DNA of 64,000 nucleotides from Candidatus Micrarchaeota archaeon (GTDB lineage Archaea; Micrarchaeota; Micrarchaeia; Norongarragalinales; SBBD01): NCBI GenBank assembly GCA_016212475.1, contig JACRGC010000005.1, positions 157 to 64,156 of the forward strand, read 5' to 3'. Shown piece by piece: positions 38,436 to 47,665 of this stretch (position 1 is its first letter; each line of letters starts with the position of its first letter). The notes under the pieces were generated by a model. It saw only the letters and a program-made list of their open reading frames with translations, ran no database searches and was not told where the DNA came from. The position numbers and the translations under genes were made by a program.

Positions 38436-38972
38436 ATGAAACTTGGATTCTTAGATAGCATATTCAATTACGCGGATGTTTACGAAACAGCTGTTGCCGT
38501 GCTGGATCAAAAAATACCTTCCGTTAACCTTGAGAGATTGACAGTTCCGCATCTTCTGAAAATCCCCCTATATTCCAAAATGCTCTTCCAAAAGGGCTGC
38601 GATTGCGTAATTGTTTTCCTAACAATGCTGCCGGAAGATGCCGCCGAACTTGATTTGGTGCATGAAAAGATTATCGATTTGGAAATTGCGGAAGGGAAAC
38701 CCGTATTCTTTTGCATAATTTCAAGCGAGGAATTCAAGGAGCAAAAGGATTTGGAGGCTGCAATGGAAGCAAAGCTTGGGATGATTGCAGAAGCCGCTTC
38801 AAAAATAGTTTCTTCCCCTGCATCTCTTTCTTCAGATATTGCAAATTCATACATGACTAATGCGATGACCATGTTTAGCACAATGTCGGATGCGGCAAAT
38901 TCGGAAAGCGAGCCGGAAATTGCGGATGATTTGGGGATTGATGGCGGGGATGGCGGAAAGAGCTTGTTTTAA
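38436..38972 (+). CDS. Lumazine-synthase/archaeal riboflavin-synthase (RibC)-fold protein with an acidic C-terminal tail
   Basis: The pattern ..TVPHLLKIPLYSKMLFQKGCDCVIVFLTMLPEDAAELDLVHE.. parallels archaeal RibC ..[38 protein letters not shown]... Assignment by recall only. Confidence 0.3.
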   Translation: MKLGFLDSIFNYADVYETAVAVLDQKIPSVNLERLTVPHLLKIPLYSKMLFQKGCDCVIVFLTMLPEDAAELDLVHEKIIDLEIAEGKPVFFCIISSEEFKEQKDLEAAMEAKLGMIAEAASKIVSSPASLSSDIANSYMTNAMTMFSTMSDAANSESEPEIADDLGIDGGDGGKSLF

Positions 38973-39013
38973 TTGGGATTGAACAGGCATTTGCCCCGAT
39001 TTGTTTTCCAAGC

Positions 39014-42000
39014 TTAAGGTGAAAACACGTCCGGGTATTTTGCTATTTTGTAGGGGGTAATCTTGCCGCTCGTCCATCGGGAATAGGCAAGTGAAAATAG
39101 ATTTTTCCAAAGAAATGAGTTTCTTGTCCAAGTGCCTTTTATGTAATAATACGTGCTTGCCTGCAGCAAATTCGAATATTGGGTTGCATCCGGCTGGTAA
39201 AATCCGCCGGTTCCGGATTTTGCCTTATCTGCTGTCTCAAAATAATTTAGGTTGAACAAAAGATCGGGAACTATTGGCCATTCAAAGGTTAAGCAAGAGG
39301 CAGGGTATTTTGCAGAACTGAACAAGTTGTTTTTGACGTAATCGCCTTTGCTCGATAGGATTTTTGTTGGGTCAAACAGGTTGCAGGCAACTACTGATCC
39401 GCAATAATCCTGGCCGCTTCCTTGCTCATTTGGATAGTTTTCATCAATTGTTAGAGGCTTAAGTTTTGCAAAATAGCCAGAATCAATCGTTCCTGAATAG
39501 AGATCAACCCCGTTTGTTGTTTGTGTTTCCAATAAGAAAACGCCTTGCCTAACAGAGCATTTTTCTTCGGAAAGAACTTCGGATACATCGACCCTATCGC
39601 CAGAAGAGAGGGTAAACGCAGAAGAGGTTAGGATATTGAATACCTGATTTCCATTCAGGGGAACAACAGCTGAAAATTTGAATGGCTTTGTTGCGCTGGA
39701 CTGCACAAAATATTTCAATGGGTCTGAATTTGAAAGGCTCAAAATGCCAGTTGAAATCTTGACCTCAACTAAATTAGAGGTATTTTCCCAATTGAATTCG
39801 TAGCCTAGAACGGAATCCGCCCCATAAGTTCCATCGGGATCGCAATTGCATCTGCTTGGGTCGCCGCAAAAGTCTCCTTGCTTTTGCGATTTTGTTTGGC
39901 AAACATAAGGGCAAACGGCATCAGTTCCGGTATCTTGGCAAGTATTCAAAATTCCATTGCTATCCGTGAAGTTTTCGCCGGCATCAATAAATGCGCAGTA
40001 ATCGCTTCCGCATGTTTTTTGAGGGTCCGGCTGGCACCGAATATCGCAAACATCCACATTGTCATTTTCAGGGGTTGGAACGCCGTATGTGCCCGCATAT
40101 TGGTCATAGCAAAATTCGCATGAAAGTTTTGTTTTTGAGGTCAACTTCTTGACAACCAGCCAAGCATCAGCAGATCCCCTGCAGATTTGCGGATTTGCGG
40201 TTTCTTCTTGCGTTGGCTGGGATTTTGTGCAATAAAGCGTATTTTCAAAGCTTCGTTTGAATGCGGTTTTCATTGCAGTATCTATTGCAAGTTTTTTGAA
40301 TTCGGAAATTATCGCCTTTGCAAAATTGTAATCATAATCCTTCGAATATAACTGGCCGCATTCAAGCGATTTGGATGCGTATTCCTTGTCATATGCGTAT
40401 TGGCAGTTGTTTTCCGCTTTGGCTAGGCATTGGTCGCGATTTTGCGCATATGGGGCAATTGCCGAATTGTAAATGCTGTTTTGGTTTGCAACGCACGAGG
40501 AATTTTGCTGGCTGCATGAATTTAGGCATTGGCTATTTGATTGGGTGCACTGGTTTTTGCAATAGGAATAATCTTGCAGGCAATCTGAAAGGCCATCATC
40601 GTAATCCCTTTGGATATATTCAATATCATTCTCATATGTTGAAATGCAAACATCGGTTTGAGGGGAGGCGCAATTTGATTTTGCAAGGTTTGCGTCAGCT
40701 ACTGCAGCTGATAGGCATTCCTTTTTAGCATCTTCCAATCCCTGCAAGTTGACAGATGATGCAGAATATGCGCTTGAGATGAGCTTTTCAGTAAGGCTTG
40801 CTTGGGATGGATCCTTTGAATTGATTTCAAAAACTTTAGTAGGCACAGCAACTACACTCTGGTTTGTTTTGGGGTAGAATGCAATCGAATTTTTAGAATC
40901 AGAATTCCAGCTAAAGAGCGATGCAGTTTTTGATTTGTCAAGTATCAATGCCTTGGTTGGTTCCATTACAAAGTAGGTCGATTGTGGCACGTAAGTTGCA
41001 GCGTAATAAGTGTCGGGCTGATTCATGGTTGAGGCAAGAAACCGGTTATTTAGCGAATACACAAGCCTTATTGGCGAGTATGATTCATCATTGAACTTGT
41101 AGTAGGATTTTGGAATTGAATCGAAGGATTTGTAATTGATGACTGAAAAATCAAGAGCCTTGACGTTGCTTGATAAAGTGTAGTTGGTGATTGATATGTT
41201 GATTGTTTTGCTTTGGGAATTTCCTGAATTGAGCAAGGTAATATTCATTACAAATTCAGCTGAAGGAATCGAATTCCCAATCGGGGCAAGCGGGCAATTT
41301 GCGGATTTGATTGGCCAATATCTTATTGCCTTCCCGCCATTAGAATCCGAAGTATCAAAACAGGAATCATACAAATTGGGATTTGCTAAAGTTCCAAAAT
41401 GAAACTGGTAAAGATTTTCTGGCGCAATCAGCGGAATTGCATCCTGCGGGAAGATGCTATCGACCTGGAAGACTATTTTATCACAGGAGGTTTCAATTAC
41501 TGGACGGGTGGTTCCGTTGTAAATTACGGTTTTGATTTCAAGCGAGTTGCAGCTAAAAAGGTTTGGAAGCTTAGTTGGGGGGGCAATTGTCCCAACCTGA
41601 ACAGTTAGATATGGGCGAACACTAATTGGCGGAATTGAAGAGGCATGGGAGTAAGAAGCCGATACTACCACTTTTCCGGATGGATCGGATGGAATTGCAA
41701 TTATTTCTCCCCTAAGCCAAGAAGCATCCGGAATTTGAATTGTTATTATATTTGAATTTGCACTAAGCAAAGTTCTTCTGTTGGCAGATTGCACATATAG
41801 GCTTTCTGGAACAATTGAAAGAATGTTTGAAATGTTGATTGTGAGCGTGCCAGGGTATTTCCTTGCAACTTCGTTGATTGCATATTTGATTTTGAGCTTT
41901 CCATCCTTGCAATCCGATCCGCAGCTCTTGATCGATTTGGCAATAAAACCATTCCCGCTTTTTACTGTGTCGCAAAGAAGGGATGTTCCGGAAACGCAAT

Positions 42001-45000
42001 TTTGTTGCTGTTCAAATTCTAGTGATACGCAAGCTTCATTGTTGCAATCCTGATTCCCAATTATGCAGGTTTTAGTTGAAGAAGAGCAGATTGTATCGGA
42101 AACCGTGCAATATGGGTCTAAATCACAGCACTTTTGGCCTACGAGTCCGCATGCAGAGCAAATCCCATATGAGCTGTTGACTTGGGGAGTGCAAGCTCCG
42201 CCTTGGCAGTATTTTGTTGGGTCGGTATTGGAGCAAAGCTGGCCCGGTTTGCCAAATGCGCAGGCGGAAGGGCTGGATATGCAATCCTTGCAAATTGGAA
42301 CAACATTCAAATTAGTTGCATCGCAGAACTGGTCGAACTTGCAATTGCTGCACTTCAATTGGTTTGAGCACTCCGAATATGGAACGCAAACGCCAAGCGC
42401 ATCGGAATCCTTGCAGCAAACAGTTGCTCCAACGCATTTGCTATTTGTTGATCCGCAAATTTCCGGGTTTTGGCAGGTTGATTTTGCAACGGTTTTTACG
42501 CACTGCAGATTTTGCGTGCAGGCGGTATTTGGATTTGAATCAGAGTATGGGCAGCACTCTTGCCCCACCCCCCCGCATGGCGCGCACAAATTGTTTGTTC
42601 CGCAGGTTAGGCCGGTTGTACATTTGTTTGCGCCAGGGCAGCATTGCTGGCTTTGAAGACCGCAAATTGATGTGATGCTAGAGCATGTTCCAGCCGATGT
42701 ATCTGTTTGGGAATTGCAGAACTGGGTTTCAATATTGCAAGTTGGCGTGCATTCGCGTATATTTGCAAGAGAGCAGCTATTTGAATTGACGCAGGATTTT
42801 CCACCTAAACCTTGGCAGCAAACCGTGTTATCCGAACAGAAGTAATTTGGGGATCCGCAGGATGTTGGGGATGTGCAAACCCCTCTTGATTGCGATTCGG
42901 ATTTTTCACATCGCATTCCGGCATTGCAAGAATCAATTGTTAGATCCGTATTTTTTCTGGTTGTACAGCAAACCTCGCCAAAATTCCCGCAAGCTGAAAC
43001 CGAAATTGTTTGGTTTTTGGTTGCAACCTTGCACCAAGGGACGCCGTCTTTTTCTAAAGCTAACCCAAGAACCGAATCGATTGGATCCCTGAAAACCTCT
43101 CCTCTTGAAAGCGCCAAGGATCTGAATTTTACAACCAGCCCATCCGCATTTATTCTTGGATCGATTTTGAAGCGGAAAGCAACTTTGGAACTGCCCCTAA
43201 AGGAATATTCGGCGTTCAGCCAATTTAGGGGTTTGAAGGCATCCTTTGCGGAATCAAAATTAACAGTGCATGAAGCGCTTGATGCAAATTGCGTATTTCC
43301 AATCACTTTGCTTGGGAAATTGCCATCAACGGAATAGTTTTCCACATGCGCAATTTCAGAGCCATCAGAACCCAGTAATTGCAAGTATAAGGAATTGGTT
43401 TCAACGGAATCTTTTGCGTAAATGTCAAAAAACAGCAAGTAGCTTGTATCGGAAACAAGAGATGTTGCAGGATTAAAATTAAGCGCGGTTATTTTGTCAT
43501 ACCTGATTCTGCTAACATCGGAATTTCCAAGGCGCGCAAGCGTTACGGTTTCTTCACGAATGCCATTGGCAGGAGCCCTCCAGTTGGAAATTGATGCATC
43601 CTCATAATTTGGCGAGCTGACAACTATTTTGAATTGCTTATCCGATCTTAAGGTCAATGTGCAAACCCCATTTTCAGGATTGCAGCTTGCAAATTTGGAA
43701 TTGTTCTTTTCGTTTTGATAAAAAGCAAAGGCGGAAAATTCGGAAATTGTTTGATTGTCAAAATTCATAGCGGAAATTTTGATTTCCCCCCTTGGGGCAA
43801 AAAGCGTGACATTTGCAAATTCAGCAGGATCCTGCAAATCAACCTGCGAAAATCCGTTGAAATTATCCTTTGATGCGACAATTTTGAAAATCCCCTTGGG
43901 GAAATTTTTGATCAGCAGTTTTCCAGTTGAAGCAACCGTCCTTAAATCATAGGGGGGCATTTGATAATCATCAGAATCAAAAAATGCAATTGTTGCGGCC
44001 AATTTTCGATTATCTTCATCCAAAGCAAGTATTGTCAGGTTGATGGAATTGTTTGCGGTTGCTTTTTGAAGCGAGATTGTTTTTTCAGAAGGTCCGATGA
44101 ATTTTAGGGTTTTTCCTGGCAAATAGCCTTCCCGGAAGGCAGTTGCATAGTAGCCCTTCGCCCTTGAAACGGATGCTTTTAGCTCGGATTCGGCAAGTTC
44201 GGTTTCAACAATTGTTGAATTTTCCAATTCTATTTCCCAAAGCCTAATTTCGGAAATTAGCGGATTTTTGGATTCGTCAATTACCTTGATTTTTGCAAAT
44301 GTTTCATTGGCATTTGTTGTCCCGGCATTTTTTATAAGCCTTAATGGCAAGTTGTTTTTTCCTTCAACCAAAGTTTTTGTTCTTGATAGGGGAGCGTAGC
44401 CATCCGCAACTGCCTTAACTTTTAATGCCGTCCCGACTTTGAAATCGGATGTTTGATAAGATCCAAACTTAGTTGTAGCTTCCTTTAGGAGGTCATTGGT
44501 TAGTGAATCATAAATTTCAAGGTCGGCATCGACTGCGGATCCATCGGAATCATCCTTTACAAGGATTTCAAAAACCGGGTTTTCAGAGGATGGGATAATG
44601 ATTGGAATTATCCTTAAGGTTATTTTTTTGACTTCTCCTTTTTTGGGGGCATAAGTTAGGGTTTTGCCATCATAGCCGGAAAGGGAAATTGCAAGGGTAA
44701 CTTCCGTATTTTCCTTGGCTTGGATTTTTGCATTCCCGGAACTATCGGAATAAACGGAATTGGAAATTATTTCGCCATTCAAGGAATAAGAATATTTGAT
44801 TTCCGCGCCATTTAGGCCCGATCCTTCAAAACTTAAAATAGCAATATCAAATTCCTGCTCTTTTTGTTGAGTTAGGATGATCTTTAGGCTGTTTGAACCT
44901 CGGCCGATTTTGAAATCCCTCTTTTTTTCCTCAAACCCGCCCTTGGTTACCTTGATTTGCGCATCGATATTTTTTGGCAATTTTTCAAACTGCGCAGTTC

Positions 45001-45325
45001 CATCCGCATTTGTTTTGGCGGCAAGAATGTTTCCAGCTGCAACTAGTTCAATTGAAGCATCGGAAAGTGCAACTTCATTTTCATCAAAAACCGTGATTTT
45101 GAGGGAATTTGGGGCCGAATTGTATAGCAGGAATATTCCACCGGCTAAAATCAAAAGCAGAACCGTAAAAACAACCGGAAGCGAAGGGATCCCCTTGTCC
45201 TCGATTGGATTGATTACTGCCTCATACACAGGGATTTTAAGGTTTTTTTCAAGGTAATCGCAAAAAGAATAGTATCCTTCCTCGATATTGCCATAAAATT
45301 CGTTTAAGGATTCCTGTAGCTCCAT
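39014..45325 (-). CDS. Giant (2103 aa) membrane-anchored surface protein. N-terminal TM, CarboxypepD_reg-like domains, a central ~350-aa array of 6-Cys knottin/hevein-like modules, and C-terminal beta-rich domains.
   Basis: TM LPVVFTVLLLILAGGIFLL. Domain motifs ..ADGTAQFEKLPKN... About 8 repeats of C-G-x3-4-Q-x-C-C-x4-6-C-x5-8-C-x5-8-C. Confidence 0.7.
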   Translation of the reverse strand: MELQESLNEFYGNIEEGYYSFCDYLEKNLKIPVYEAVINPIEDKGIPSLPVVFTVLLLILAGGIFLLYNSAPNSLKITVFDENEVALSDASIELVAAGNILAAKTNADGTAQFEKLPKNIDAQIKVTKGGFEEKKRDFKIGRGSNSLKIILTQQKEQEFDIAILSFEGSGLNGAEIKYSYSLNGEIISNSVYSDSSGNAKIQAKENTEVTLAISLSGYDGKTLTYAPKKGEVKKITLRIIPIIIPSSENPVFEILVKDDSDGSAVDADLEIYDSLTNDLLKEATTKFGSYQTSDFKVGTALKVKAVADGYAPLSRTKTLVEGKNNLPLRLIKNAGTTNANETFAKIKVIDESKNPLISEIRLWEIELENSTIVETELAESELKASVSRAKGYYATAFREGYLPGKTLKFIGPSEKTISLQKATANNSINLTILALDEDNRKLAATIAFFDSDDYQMPPYDLRTVASTGKLLIKNFPKGIFKIVASKDNFNGFSQVDLQDPAEFANVTLFAPRGEIKISAMNFDNQTISEFSAFAFYQNEKNNSKFASCNPENGVCTLTLRSDKQFKIVVSSPNYEDASISNWRAPANGIREETVTLARLGNSDVSRIRYDKITALNFNPATSLVSDTSYLLFFDIYAKDSVETNSLYLQLLGSDGSEIAHVENYSVDGNFPSKVIGNTQFASSASCTVNFDSAKDAFKPLNWLNAEYSFRGSSKVAFRFKIDPRINADGLVVKFRSLALSRGEVFRDPIDSVLGLALEKDGVPWCKVATKNQTISVSACGNFGEVCCTTRKNTDLTIDSCNAGMRCEKSESQSRGVCTSPTSCGSPNYFCSDNTVCCQGLGGKSCVNSNSCSLANIRECTPTCNIETQFCNSQTDTSAGTCSSITSICGLQSQQCCPGANKCTTGLTCGTNNLCAPCGGVGQECCPYSDSNPNTACTQNLQCVKTVAKSTCQNPEICGSTNSKCVGATVCCKDSDALGVCVPYSECSNQLKCSNCKFDQFCDATNLNVVPICKDCISSPSACAFGKPGQLCSNTDPTKYCQGGACTPQVNSSYGICSACGLVGQKCCDLDPYCTVSDTICSSSTKTCIIGNQDCNNEACVSLEFEQQQNCVSGTSLLCDTVKSGNGFIAKSIKSCGSDCKDGKLKIKYAINEVARKYPGTLTINISNILSIVPESLYVQSANRRTLLSANSNIITIQIPDASWLRGEIIAIPSDPSGKVVVSASYSHASSIPPISVRPYLTVQVGTIAPPTKLPNLFSCNSLEIKTVIYNGTTRPVIETSCDKIVFQVDSIFPQDAIPLIAPENLYQFHFGTLANPNLYDSCFDTSDSNGGKAIRYWPIKSANCPLAPIGNSIPSAEFVMNITLLNSGNSQSKTINISITNYTLSSNVKALDFSVINYKSFDSIPKSYYKFNDESYSPIRLVYSLNNRFLASTMNQPDTYYAATYVPQSTYFVMEPTKALILDKSKTASLFSWNSDSKNSIAFYPKTNQSVVAVPTKVFEINSKDPSQASLTEKLISSAYSASSVNLQGLEDAKKECLSAAVADANLAKSNCASPQTDVCISTYENDIEYIQRDYDDGLSDCLQDYSYCKNQCTQSNSQCLNSCSQQNSSCVANQNSIYNSAIAPYAQNRDQCLAKAENNCQYAYDKEYASKSLECGQLYSKDYDYNFAKAIISEFKKLAIDTAMKTAFKRSFENTLYCTKSQPTQEETANPQICRGSADAWLVVKKLTSKTKLSCEFCYDQYAGTYGVPTPENDNVDVCDIRCQPDPQKTCGSDYCAFIDAGENFTDSNGILNTCQDTGTDAVCPYVCQTKSQKQGDFCGDPSRCNCDPDGTYGADSVLGYEFNWENTSNLVEVKISTGILSLSNSDPLKYFVQSSATKPFKFSAVVPLNGNQVFNILTSSAFTLSSGDRVDVSEVLSEEKCSVRQGVFLLETQTTNGVDLYSGTIDSGYFAKLKPLTIDENYPNEQGSGQDYCGSVVACNLFDPTKILSSKGDYVKNNLFSSAKYPASCLTFEWPIVPDLLFNLNYFETADKAKSGTGGFYQPDATQYSNLLQASTYYYIKGTWTRNSFLWKNLFSLAYSRWTSGKITPYKIAKYPDVFSP

Positions 45326-45362
45326 AGGACCCGTATTGGATTATGCAACGCTCTTTTTTAAT

Positions 45363-45457
45363 GACACCTCCAGGGAACCTAGGGTTCCCTTCTCGTGCCA
45401 CGCAGACTTGGCGTCTGCTGAGCCGCATAATAGATTCTGCGGTCGCCCCTACCCTCC
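45363..45457. repeat. Conserved structured intergenic element, copy B (expanded; ~45-nt GC-rich insertion with two extra hairpins)
   Basis: GACACC..GGGAACC-TA-GGGTTCCC..CTCGTG [CCACGCAGACTTGGCGTCTGCTGAGCCGCATAATAGATTCTGCGG] TCGCCCCTACCCTCC. The hairpin arms carry compensatory changes relative to copies A and C. Confidence 0.6.
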
Positions 45458-45496
45458 TATGACAAAATCGAAATCAGCCAAACAAAAGCAAACCGT

Positions 45497-45505
45497 TTAA
45501 TAAAG
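45497..45505 (+). promoter_or_regulatory. TATA-like box (TTTAATAAA) ~30 nt upstream of the Lon-like gene ATG
   Basis: A/T box at the expected archaeal spacing. Confidence 0.3.
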
Positions 45506-45532
45506 TTGATTTGGTAAGTTGTGCGTTAAGAA

Positions 45533-46978
45533 ATGAAAAGCGAAATCAAGTACGAAAACATCAAAACCACGGAAAGCATCCCCATTCCAAACGATCCCTT
45601 AGAGCAGGTAATTGGGCAGGATGAAGCGGTGAAAATTGCAAAACTGGCAGCCAGGCAAAAGAGGCATTTGCTTCTTGTTGGGCCGCCAGGGATTGGAAAA
45701 TCACTCCTTGCTCAAAGCATAGCATTCCATTTGATCAAGCCAACCCAGGAAATTTCCGTTCTTCACAACCCCGAAAATCCAGAGCGGCCAATTGTTGAAA
45801 TCAAAACATCCGAAATACTAGCAAAGGAAAAGACTTTGGAAAAGCAGCTGGCTGGAAAAATCGTGGATCCAAAGGATGTGCCTTCATTCGTTGCTGAAAA
45901 ACTTGGGTTTAGATGCAGAAAATGCAACTATTTGAGCAAGCCACAGGAAAATTCCTGCCCAAGCTGCGGAACTGAAAAATTCAAGAAGGAATACTCGCCA
46001 TTTGGTGATTTGATCTCGGATTATTTTGCAATTCAAAAAGCGGATAGGGTGCACACCACCAAAATGAACGATGGGGGAAGGGAGGAAATCATAGTTTATG
46101 AAAAATACGGCGAAAAAATACGCGTGCTCGACCAAAAATCACTTGAAAAAATTGACGAGATAAAGCAGCAAAAGCCAAGGAAAATACTCATTCCATCAAG
46201 CCGGAAGAATTTCATAATTGCTACAGGAGCTTCTGAAACCGAACTGCTAGGGGACATACGCCACGACCCATACGGCGGCCATCAGCAGCTTGGCACGCAG
46301 CCATATTCAAGGGTAGTTGCAGGAGCAATCCACGAAGCGCATGAAGGGGTTTTGTTCATTGATGAACTTGGGGCGCTAAGCTATTTGCAAAGGTTTCTTT
46401 TTACAGCGATGCAGGAGCGCAAATACTCAATTGTTGGAAGGAACCCCCAATCTTCCGGAGCTTCCGTTAAGGTAGATTCAGTTCCTTGCGATTTCATTTT
46501 GATTGCTGCAAGCAACATCAACGACCTTCATTTTGTGCTCCCTCCGCTAAGATCCCGGATTATCGGCAATGGCTACGAAGTGCTTTTGGATACGCATATG
46601 CCAGATACGGAAACCAACAGGGGAAAGATGTTCCAGTTCATTGCGCAGGAAATTAGGAAGGATGGAAAGATCCCGCATGCTACGCTTGAAGCTGCGCACG
46701 AGATAATCGAGGAATCAAAAAGACGGGCAAAACTTAACGATGATGCGCCAGATGCCCTAACGCTTAGGCTTAGGGATTTAAGCGGCGCAATTCGGCTTGC
46801 TGGCGATATTGCAATTGATGAGGGCGCGCCTTACATTACACCTGAATTTGTCAAGCTAGCAATTCGGAAGAACCGCAACATTGAAGAGCAATTGAAGGAA
46901 AAATACGGAAGCGTCTGGAGGGCGAATGCATCCGAACTATCAAGGCCTGAAAAGCGGGATTATAAGGAAATCAACTGA
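45533..46978 (+). CDS. LonB-like AAA+ ATPase lacking a protease domain, with a zinc-ribbon insertion
   Basis: N-terminus ..EQVIGQDEAVKIAKLAARQKRHLLLVGPPGIGKSLLAQ.. matches the archaeal LonB AAA+ module. Walker B LFIDELGAL. Insert CRKCNYLSKPQENSCPSCG. No S16 Ser-Lys protease region (no GPSAG-like motif) in the 481 aa. Confidence 0.6.
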   Translation: MKSEIKYENIKTTESIPIPNDPLEQVIGQDEAVKIAKLAARQKRHLLLVGPPGIGKSLLAQSIAFHLIKPTQEISVLHNPENPERPIVEIKTSEILAKEKTLEKQLAGKIVDPKDVPSFVAEKLGFRCRKCNYLSKPQENSCPSCGTEKFKKEYSPFGDLISDYFAIQKADRVHTTKMNDGGREEIIVYEKYGEKIRVLDQKSLEKIDEIKQQKPRKILIPSSRKNFIIATGASETELLGDIRHDPYGGHQQLGTQPYSRVVAGAIHEAHEGVLFIDELGALSYLQRFLFTAMQERKYSIVGRNPQSSGASVKVDSVPCDFILIAASNINDLHFVLPPLRSRIIGNGYEVLLDTHMPDTETNRGKMFQFIAQEIRKDGKIPHATLEAAHEIIEESKRRAKLNDDAPDALTLRLRDLSGAIRLAGDIAIDEGAPYITPEFVKLAIRKNRNIEEQLKEKYGSVWRANASELSRPEKRDYKEIN

Positions 46979-47025
46979 CACCTATAGGAAACCTAGGTTT
47001 CCCACTCGTGTCGCCTCTCCCTTCC
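46977..47025. repeat. Conserved structured intergenic element, copy C
   Basis: GACACC-TATAG-GAAACC-TA-GGTTTCC-CACTC-GTGTC-GCCTCTCCCTTCC. Starts on the Lon-like gene stop codon. Confidence 0.6.
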
Positions 47026-47033
47026 TAATTAGA

Positions 47034-47309
47034 TTACATATCAAGTTTTTCTTCGGGGTATTTCAGGACAAACCTATGGTAGAGGTTGCTTATCAGGCTT
47101 GATAGGATGAAAAATAATAGCAGTATCAGAAACGATGCAAGATATGCGTAGGAGGTATTCTTGCTTATGAATGGGATGAAAATTATCGGTACCCATTTTG
47201 CCTTGAGTGTTTCGATAAGGTAGGAATGTATTGGCACTGGAAGCATTATGAAAAACACGGTCATGAGCGCTTTTCCTATTGTTGGCCTGAGGAATTTTTT
47301 TATATCCAT
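47034..47309 (-). CDS. Small hypothetical membrane protein
   Basis: 91 aa with two predicted TM helices. Confidence 0.3.
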   Translation of the reverse strand: MDIKKFLRPTIGKALMTVFFIMLPVPIHSYLIETLKAKWVPIIFIPFISKNTSYAYLASFLILLLFFILSSLISNLYHRFVLKYPEEKLDM

Positions 47310-47314
47310 TTAGT

Positions 47315-47665
47315 TCACGTCTGCTCGTAATAGTAGGAATACGCATCCTTCCTTAAAAGCTTGTAGCAAAGGAATGCGAAGCATGACATTACGTATGCTG
47401 CAACAGAAAAAATTATCGAATAGATTGTTTTGGACCTTTCGCAAACGGATAGGGCATCATATGCGGAGGAAACACACGCGACATCCTTGATTTTGCACTC
47501 GGAACCGTAGTAGCAAGGGATCGAAAGGATCGGGTTTGCAATAAGGAATATTATTGCCATGAATATGAAAAATCCAAGGAGTTTCCCGTAATTTGGTTCC
47601 AGGAATTTTCCAATTGGGAGCATTTGATCACACGAATTTTCTTGATATTTCCGATGCCTTTTCAA
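47315..47665 (-). CDS. Small hypothetical Cys-containing membrane protein
   Basis: 116 aa with TM helices. Overlaps the purC 3' end by ~37 nt. Confidence 0.3.
   Translation of the reverse strand: MKRHRKYQENSCDQMLPIGKFLEPNYGKLLGFFIFMAIIFLIANPILSIPCYYGSECKIKDVACVSSAYDALSVCERSKTIYSIIFSVAAYVMSCFAFLCYKLLRKDAYSYYYEQT

Noticed and set aside
42063-42675. Plus-strand ORFs (197 aa and 119 aa) inside the Cys-module region of the 2103-aa protein gene
   Set aside because: They are antisense to the Cys-rich repeat array. Reverse-complemented TGC/TGT codons give stop-free GCA/ACA runs.
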